Origin: Eledone cirrhosa
Taxonomy: Eukaryota
DNA: 64,000 nucleotides
Direction: 5' to 3'
Assembly: GCA_964016885.1 (NCBI GenBank)
Contig: OZ024754.1
Span: 37,882,001 to 37,946,000 of the forward strand
Part shown: positions 56,653 through 64,000 of the stretch, piece by piece
Layout: the number at the start of each line of letters is the position of its first letter
Position numbering within the stretch: position 1 is the stretch's first letter
Notes under the pieces: generated by a model
Told to the model about the DNA's origin: nothing
What the model saw: the letters and a program-made list of their open reading frames with translations, nothing else
Database searches by the model: none
Position numbers and translations under genes: made by a program

Positions 56653-57658
56653 TAATTGCCTTATGTTGTTTATTACATAATTGTTTCTACTATTGGCACA
56701 AGGCCAGCAAATTACCCAGTACATTACTGGTACTTTATTTTATCGACCCCGTAAGGATGAAAGGCAAAGTTAACCTCGGCGGGATTTGAACTCAGAATGG
56801 CAAGGGCCGTAACTCTATGCGTCAAAGCATGGCGTCCGACCCTCTACCGATACTGCCAATTCACCGCCCATGTTGTTTATTACATAATAATAATAATTAA
56901 GCTCTGTTGCCTACATAGAGCACTCTTTTTTCCTGGACTTTTCCGATGGAATTACTTCATTTATATATATATATATATATATATGTGTGTATGTGTGTAT
57001 GTATGTAAAAGGTAAACAGAAATAACAACACAATCAGTACAGTATATGGAAGGGATATATTAGGTTAACGCTTGATATAGCAGGTTATATATATATATAT
57101 ATAATATATATATATATAATATATATATATATATATAATATATATATATATATAATTCAAATGAAAAATGGAGTTAAAAACTCACATTAATACCCTGTAA
57201 TTAATGAGCTCAATGTATAAACTGGGCTCTTTATAATATATAGAAATAAACACACAAAGAAGTCTGTTTTGAATTACATGGCTTGAAAAACCAATTCGGT
57301 ACAATGTATATAATCGATGAACAAATGGAAAATAGATAATAACAGGAAAAAATGAATTAAAATGTACTAATGATTTCAATAACTTTTAATCTCCTTGACA
57401 AACTAAAGATGTGTGTCTGTATCAGATAACCCTACGGCTTTTCAACAAGAGAAAGGGAAAATATGAACAGAGATAATTAAGGTAACTATATATTTTCTGT
57501 TTGTTGATAGATTATATGCATTACAAAGTGGTTTTTCAACCCATGTAATTCAAAATACACTTCTTTGTGTGTTTATATATACTGTGTATATATATATAAA
57601 GACATTTTTTCCAATTCCATCCCACCCGTGCCCTCAATCTATCTTATTTCTCATTCAT

Positions 57659-57694
57659 TCTTCTGATGAAAGGCTAGCGTCCGAAACATTAAGA
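57659..57694 (+). ncRNA. Degenerate minimal (dimer-type) hammerhead
   Basis: TCTT-CTGATGA-aaggctagcgtcc-GAAAC-aT-T-AAGA; G16.2 apparently mutated. Confidence 0.5.
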
Positions 57695-58789
57695 CTCTCT
57701 TCCTGCTATATCAAGCGTTAACCTAATATATCCCTTCCATATACTGTACCGATTGTGTTATTTCTGCCTACCTTTTACATACATACATATACATATATAT
57801 TAATAAGAGGAATTCCAACTTTGTCTGATTTACTCGTTTTATTTACAATCCTTTAAAATTTATAATGGTATTATAATGAAATAGTATGATAGAATATTAA
57901 ATGTTAAGTGTTAATTGAACAAGTACTTTCATGCTTTCGCAATCTTCAGGTTCATAATGAGTGGTGACAGTCAAGTTTGCAATTTTCAACTGTGAAAATT
58001 GCAAACTTGACTTCATTATCTCATTATGCTGTTGGTGGGTGTGGGAGAATAGGGTAGGGGTAGTAGATTGGGGTGTATATTTGGTTAAGAGGTGCCTACT
58101 GACTGAAAACAGATTTGTTATGTTATTCTACTGTAAATTCATTTATATGCTTTGTATATTAATTGTATTTATTTATATTTTCATTCTGTAAATAATTATA
58201 AACAATTTGTAATGTTATTTATAGAACTGTGAATAAAACATATATTAGTTTTCATAATACATCTCAATGGCCTGGTTACGTCACATCCTTCGATGTCATA
58301 ATTAGTTAATATGTTTCTTTATTAGCCACAGAGGCACAAAAGAAGGGGACAAATACAAAGGGGGAAGTTTACATACAATAAAAACGTGTAAAATATTATC
58401 ACAAATGCAATTTAAAAATCAGTAAATTTTCCCCCACATACCCCCGAAAAAATGTGCAACCCTCATCTCCAGGAGTACGAAGAGTTTGTACTCCTTTCCT
58501 CTCCTCCTCCTTTTCCTCAACCTACAGGCTGATATAGAGAGAAGGCCCATTCACTCGGGCCATTCTCGCCACTTTCACCCACCTTTCATAAAACTTGCTG
58601 GAGTACAGCACCTCTCTCTCCATCCTGATTCTTCTTCCAAAGTGGTGTTTGAAAAAAAGAATGATAGATAGTTTAAAGCGTGCACCAATACAGCAACGCC
58701 ATAATAACAAATTAACAAAACAATGTATATTCTGTTAAGTATTAGGACAATGGGATTGATTAGTTAATATCTGTATACAACAACTACAA

Positions 58790-59095
58790 CGGTACGCGAT
58801 GGGGCCCACCCACAACCCCGGCGGACAGAATGGAGAAGGCGTTTCCCCGGAGAACGGCAAAGGAGAGGCGCTGGAAAAGCCACTCCAACTCGTGGGGCTC
58901 ACACCTGCGGCTGGCCAGCTCAGCGCCTATGGTGGTGAGTAAGGAGGTAGCCCTGGGTCCGAGGACACCAGAAGTCTCCACTGCCAGGGGTACGACCGCA
59001 AACCTGTCGGAGAGCGACCGGTATTTGAGGAGTTTGGCCCCCTCAGCCCGACGTGCAGCAGAACCTGGGTCAGTCGCAGACTGCACTGGATTCCT
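58790..59095 (-). mobile_element. CRE-clade RLE fragment
   Basis: Homologous to 61830-62195 (VPLAVETSG, FQRLSFAVLRGNA). Confidence 0.85.
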
Positions 59096-60398
59096 CAATA
59101 AAGGAATTACGACATATACAAACAGAAAAAATATAGAAAAATATATGATTCACAGATGGCATGCGACCTAGATATTTTTGTTGTCGCCAGAATAGCAAGC
59201 TAGTCAATGCAAAGCATTGTTGGTTTGTTAGGCGTGACAAAGGTGGGTGTGGGGCTAGTACAGTGGAAACATATATCTTGTATTATAGACACTACTATTA
59301 TGACAGCTACACTAACTGTAGCGACCGGGGTGGAGGGTACAGCCAGACAGAAATATACAGTCTCCAAAACGAGCTAGGTGTGACGGTGGAGAAGATGAAG
59401 GTCAGGTTATAAATTTCTAAAAGGTAAAAAAAAAATTAAAAAATTATAAAACGTTTCAAAAAAAATATTTAATTGTTTCTACTTTTGGCACAAGGCCACC
59501 AATTACCTAGTACATTACTGGTACTTTATTTTACCGACCCCGTAATGGAAGTTGGGTGTTAAATTAATGAACAAAAATGATTTATGAAAAATACATTAAC
59601 ACTAAGCCAATATCTACCCACTTTAATCCACTATGTCGGACTCACCACCTCCACACACATCTTAAGAAGGACCTGATTTCAATATGATAAATCTCACCAC
59701 GCTTGACATAATATCATATTTATTTTCCTTCTACTACTACTACCCCACCCCCACCCCTCCCCCCGTCGTAGAACAGAGAAGTCTCTTCATTTGGGACGAT
59801 AACCGACAAGGTCACAACTGCTGGTGCCACGAAAATGTACCCAGCACACCCAGTAAGGTGGTTGGTAATATGAAGGACTGTAGAAACCAAGCTAAAAGAG
59901 TCGAGGGGACCCTTCAGTTGTGACAAGGATATGACAACCTCTCTTGTGCTGTGTGTGTGTGACAGCTCACACCTATGCAGGTTTAGCTGGCCTCCTCCAA
60001 GGTATATCTCGTTGGAGGTGTCTTGGGCAATTTAATGATAGGGACCCCAGTCCTATCATCTCATTTCTACAGCTGAGTAAACTGGAGCAACGGGAAATAA
60101 AGTGTCTTGCTCAAGGAAACAACACATCACCCGGTCCGAGGATTGAACTCACAACCTTTCGATTGCAAGCACAATGCTCTAACCACTAAGCCATGCGCCT
60201 TCACCTCTTGTGCTGGTGTCAAGATAAAGCGGACTCGGTAGAGCACAGAACGTAATAAAAGTTATAAGAAATATATATGCACAATAAATTTAGTATAAAT
60301 ATTAAAGTTTTCAACGAGTTTCATATGGTAAACAATACACACACCACCAAACATCCAGGCCAATATAATTGGTACCATATATGGGCATATGTATATAA

Positions 60399-60430
<32 letters not shown>

Positions 60431-60441
60431 GCACGCACGTA

Positions 60442-60485
<44 letters not shown>

Positions 60486-60954
60486 CACACACGCACGCAC
60501 ACACATATATATGCACACACATATGTCCACACACGCACACATAAGTATAAACATACACACACGTATATACATAAATATACGTATATATACACATAGATAT
60601 ACAGTGACGGCGTGTGGCTGAGTGGTTAGTGAACTGGATACGCAATCGTGAGGTTGTCAGTTTGATTTCATGACCAGCCGATGCGTTATGTCCTTGAGCA
60701 AGACACTTTATTTCACGTTGTTCCTTCTACCAGGAGTTGCGACCGATAGATAGTATTAGCAATTGGAAAGACCAATGGAAACATTGTTTCCTCGGTCCGA
60801 TTGGACGAAAGTCGATCGACTCTCTCTCTCTCTCTCTATCTATACATACATACGCACGCGTACACACACATACATATACATACCCGCACGCACACATCCA
60901 TATAATAACACATATCAGCTTTTACAACAAAAGGACATAATGTTATGAAACACA

Positions 60955-61345
60955 CAGTCCATGCTGTAATGTGGCCGTGTGGGTAACACGGTAAAAACCT
61001 CCCAGTCCATGCTGTAATGTGGCCGTGTGGGTAACACGGTAAAAACCTCCCAGTCCATGCTGTAATGTGGCCGTGTGGGTAACACGGTAAAAACCTCCCA
61101 GTCCATGCTGTAATGTGGCCGTGTGGGTAACACGGTAAAAACCTCCCAGTCCATGCTGTAATGTGGCCGTGTAGGTAACACGGTAAAAACCTCCCAGTCC
61201 ATGCTGTAATGTGGCCGTGTGGGTAACACGGTAAAAACCTCCCAGTCCATGCTGTAATGTGGCCGTGTGGGTAACACGGTAAAAACCTCCCAGTCCATGC
61301 TGTAATGTGGCCGTGTGGGTAACACGGTAAAAACCTCCCAGTCCA
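60955..61345. repeat. 48-bp minisatellite, 8 copies, inside retroposon family C
   Basis: Unit cagtccatgctgtaatgtggccgtgtgggtaacacggtaaaaacctcc. Confidence 0.97.
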
Positions 61346-61829
61346 CGCTGTAAATGTGTTAGGAAGGGCATCCAGCCGTAGAAAACCTGCCAGACAGTCC
61401 TATATGAGCGAGACATGGTCACCCGAACAATCTTGCCTCAAGTGGGACTATTCCCGTCTAACCCATGCTAGCGTGAAAGATAGATGTTAAATGATGATGA
61501 TGATGATGATGATTGCCCCTGAATTAGAAATTCTATTAGAGAAAAGTATTTAGGAAATGAGTATATCTATATATAGAGAGATAATTGTTTCTACTATTGG
61601 CACAAGGCCAGCAATTACCCAGTACATTACTGGTACTATATTTTATCGACCTCTGTATGGATGAAAGGCAAAGTTAACCTCGGCGGGATTTGAACTCAGA
61701 TCGTAAAGGGACGTAACTATGCTGGAAAGCATATCCGACCCTCTACCGATACTGCCAATTCACCGCCCTCTCTATATATAGAGAGATAATCATTAGAAGA
61801 TCTGACTGATAAAATGACAAGTCAGTCAA

Positions 61830-62195
61830 TCATATTGGTGGCCTCCCCACAGCCCCGGCAGGCAGAATGGAGAAGGCGTTTCTCAGGAGGACGGCAAGGG
61901 AGATGCGCTGGAAAAGCCATTCCAGCTCACGAGGCTCACACCTGCGTCTGGCCAGCCCAGCACCTGTGGTGGTGAATAGGGAGGTAGCCCTAGGGCCGAA
62001 GACACCAGAAGTCTCCACTGCCAAGGGTACAACCGCAAACCTGTCGGAGAGCGACCGGTATTTGAAGAGTTTGGCCTCCTCAGCCCGACGTGCAGCAGAA
62101 CCTGTGTTAGTCGCAGACTGCACCAGGTTGCGGCTGGAGAAAGTGTCGGTGCAAGTAGCATCCCAGACGAGGGGTTTGCCACCGCGGAACGGGAA
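61830..62195 (-). mobile_element. CRE-clade non-LTR retrotransposon RLE fragment
   Basis: GKPLVWDATCTDT...SAARRAEEAK..KY..L...VVPLAVETSGVFG...LFQRISLAVL.RNA. Confidence 0.85.
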
Positions 62196-63375
62196 GATTT
62201 TTATGATTTTTTTTTTTTTTTTTTTTAAGGAAAGAAATATTTTCATTTATGATTTTGGCCATTTCAAAGATATACTGCGTGGAATTTAACCTACTAATTT
62301 AGAGGCGAAGCAGGAGTGGTTGGGGTGGAATATTTAAATGACTCTACCAAAGGGACAGTAAGTCTACCGTAATGTGTGTATTAGGTCGGGATACCATGGG
62401 AAAAATATTGGCCGGCCGTAGGTGTGAGCCTCGCAAGTTGGAATGGCTTTTCCAGCGCGTCTCCCTTACCATCCTCCGGGGAAACGCCTTCTCCATTCTG
62501 TCTGCCGGAGCTGTGGGGGAGGCCAGCATGTGGGACCCCACTTACTCCCCATACGTAGAGATGGGGAGGGCCAGAGAGATGGAGACGATGACAGTGGCCG
62601 TTCGGCTGTTCTTTCATGTCTCTATAGGTTACAATTTCACTGTGATAGAAGTTGTTCTTCTGTTTACACTAGATAGATATGTCTACATGTCAGCATGTAA
62701 CGAAAAATTGAAACATTTGAACATTCCAGTGTCAAGTCTATTAGGTCAGTTGTCCTTGAAACAGATTAGCCTGATAGGGTTGTTGTTTTTAACAACTAGC
62801 TAAGATACCTCTAGAAGGAGATCGTCTGCTGAGAGATCGTCTTGTTAACAGGGTGCATTGGTCATTGATAAAAGCATTTTTGTAGTGATATGTGGAATTC
62901 CTGAGTGAAATGTGTGACATTTGAGACGTTGGTTGAGATGAGATATTGCCTTGTGTACAGCAGATTTACTGGCCGTGCAAAAACAACAGTTACAAGATGA
63001 ACACTGTCAACAGTTTCAGAGACCAGCAGAGTGAGAAGAAGAGGGTAAAGCCAGCTTGATTTGGTTTAACTACATAGTTTCAAGATAAGTATTTCTATTT
63101 ATAATGTTAAAGCTATTTTTAGTGGTTTACATTTCATATACACAGATTTATTCACGATAATTGTGTTAGGTTACTTCTCGGTCCAAAGTGTTGAGTAAAA
63201 AAAAAATTGAAAAAATAAAATGTAGAGAAAGAGAGTACTACTAGTGTACGGCTTGAAATGTATGAGTTTGGGATCTTTGCCAGCTGAAAATATACAGAGC
63301 CTGACATTTTCCCTGCCTCATTTTCATAGCCTAAGTACGTGAGTACCAGTGGAGCACTTCTATGTGGATCCTCAC

Positions 63376-63968
63376 CAGTGGTTTCTAAACTTTTCCAAAT
63401 TTTTTTCTCGTCGGTCCCCTTACCATTTTTTGGATGCCTCGCGGTCCCCTATTATAATTGGTAGTATCGGTAGAGGGTCGGACGCCATGCTTTGACGCAT
63501 AGAGTTACGGGTCTTGCCATTCTGAGTTCAAATCCTGCCGTGGTTAACTTTGCCTTTCATCCTTACGAGGTCGATAAAATAAAGTACCAGTAATGCACTG
63601 GGTAACTGCTGACCTTGTGCCAAAAGTAGAAACAATTATATTATGGCAGCATTTCCAAAATTTTTCAAAGACAAACATTTATGAACTGCATGACAATTCT
63701 ACTACGATTTAATTTAAGTAGTATTAAAATGCCCAAAACTGCTGTCGTGTTCAATGCTTTCTAAAGAGGTGTTGCTAATTGGATATGTGGTTTTATAGAA
63801 ACAGTAATACAGAATTGATTTGAAATTGAAAAATTGCTTCCTAGATTTAAAACTTCAATCACAGTATACCATGAAATTTGGCTCTGCCTTTGCGCCCCCC
63901 CCCCCCCAAAAAAAAAATTTGCATCGCTGTTCCCTAGGAGACCGCGGACCCTAGTTTGGGAACCACTG
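63376..63968. mobile_element. hAT-Charlie-like non-autonomous element with nested SINE (~63458-63640)
   Basis: TIRs CAGTGGTTTCTAAACT / AGTTTGGGAACCACTG; no clear TSD. Confidence 0.7.
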
Positions 63969-64000
63969 ATATATATATATATATATATAAAGAGAGAGAG

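Noticed and set aside
59156-59412. 83-aa ORF bounded by possible splice sites
   Set aside because: Weak pyrimidine tract, no recognisable domain, and no partner exons found.
60608-60680. tRNA-like sequences with A/B boxes (also SINE A heads)
   Set aside because: Degenerate SINE heads continuing into SINE bodies; no complete cloverleaf.
60915-61422. Repetitive ORFs MDWEVFTVLPTRPHYS / GLGGFYRVTHTATLQH
   Set aside because: In-frame read-through of a 48-bp minisatellite inside a retroposon.
62640-63090. Non-repetitive-looking stretch, possible exon
   Set aside because: No long open frame or convincing splice pair; could be an old TE relic.

Overview
AT-rich, microsatellite-saturated animal genomic DNA. 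The SINE, LINE and Penelope content and the (TA)n/(CA)n load are most consistent with a mollusc, probably a cephalopod such as Octopus; this is inference. Nearly all long ORFs in the supplied track are microsatellite artefacts. One host gene can be reconstructed by hand on the minus strand: five coding exons (11380-11213, 9267-9196, 8475-8386, 7537-7418, 5182-5060), all GT-AG and phase 0, encoding a 190-aa four-transmembrane MS4A/CD20-like protein. The rest is mobile DNA: Penelope-like elements (PLEs, one with a 554-codon open RT+GIY-YIG frame), R4/Dong, CRE, CR1, RTE and Tx1/L1 LINE fragments, three SINE-like families, hAT and piggyBac-like MITEs, and three minisatellites. The main hidden signal is RNA-level. 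About 16 type-I hammerhead ribozyme (HHR) motifs from roughly 8 sequence families are present. Three of them lie in a 540-bp tandem/inverted array (32303-34827) in which each complete unit carries an intact HHR and an octamer motif, which makes it a candidate retrozyme able to produce circular RNA. All structures were folded by eye, and boundaries of degenerate repeats are approximate.
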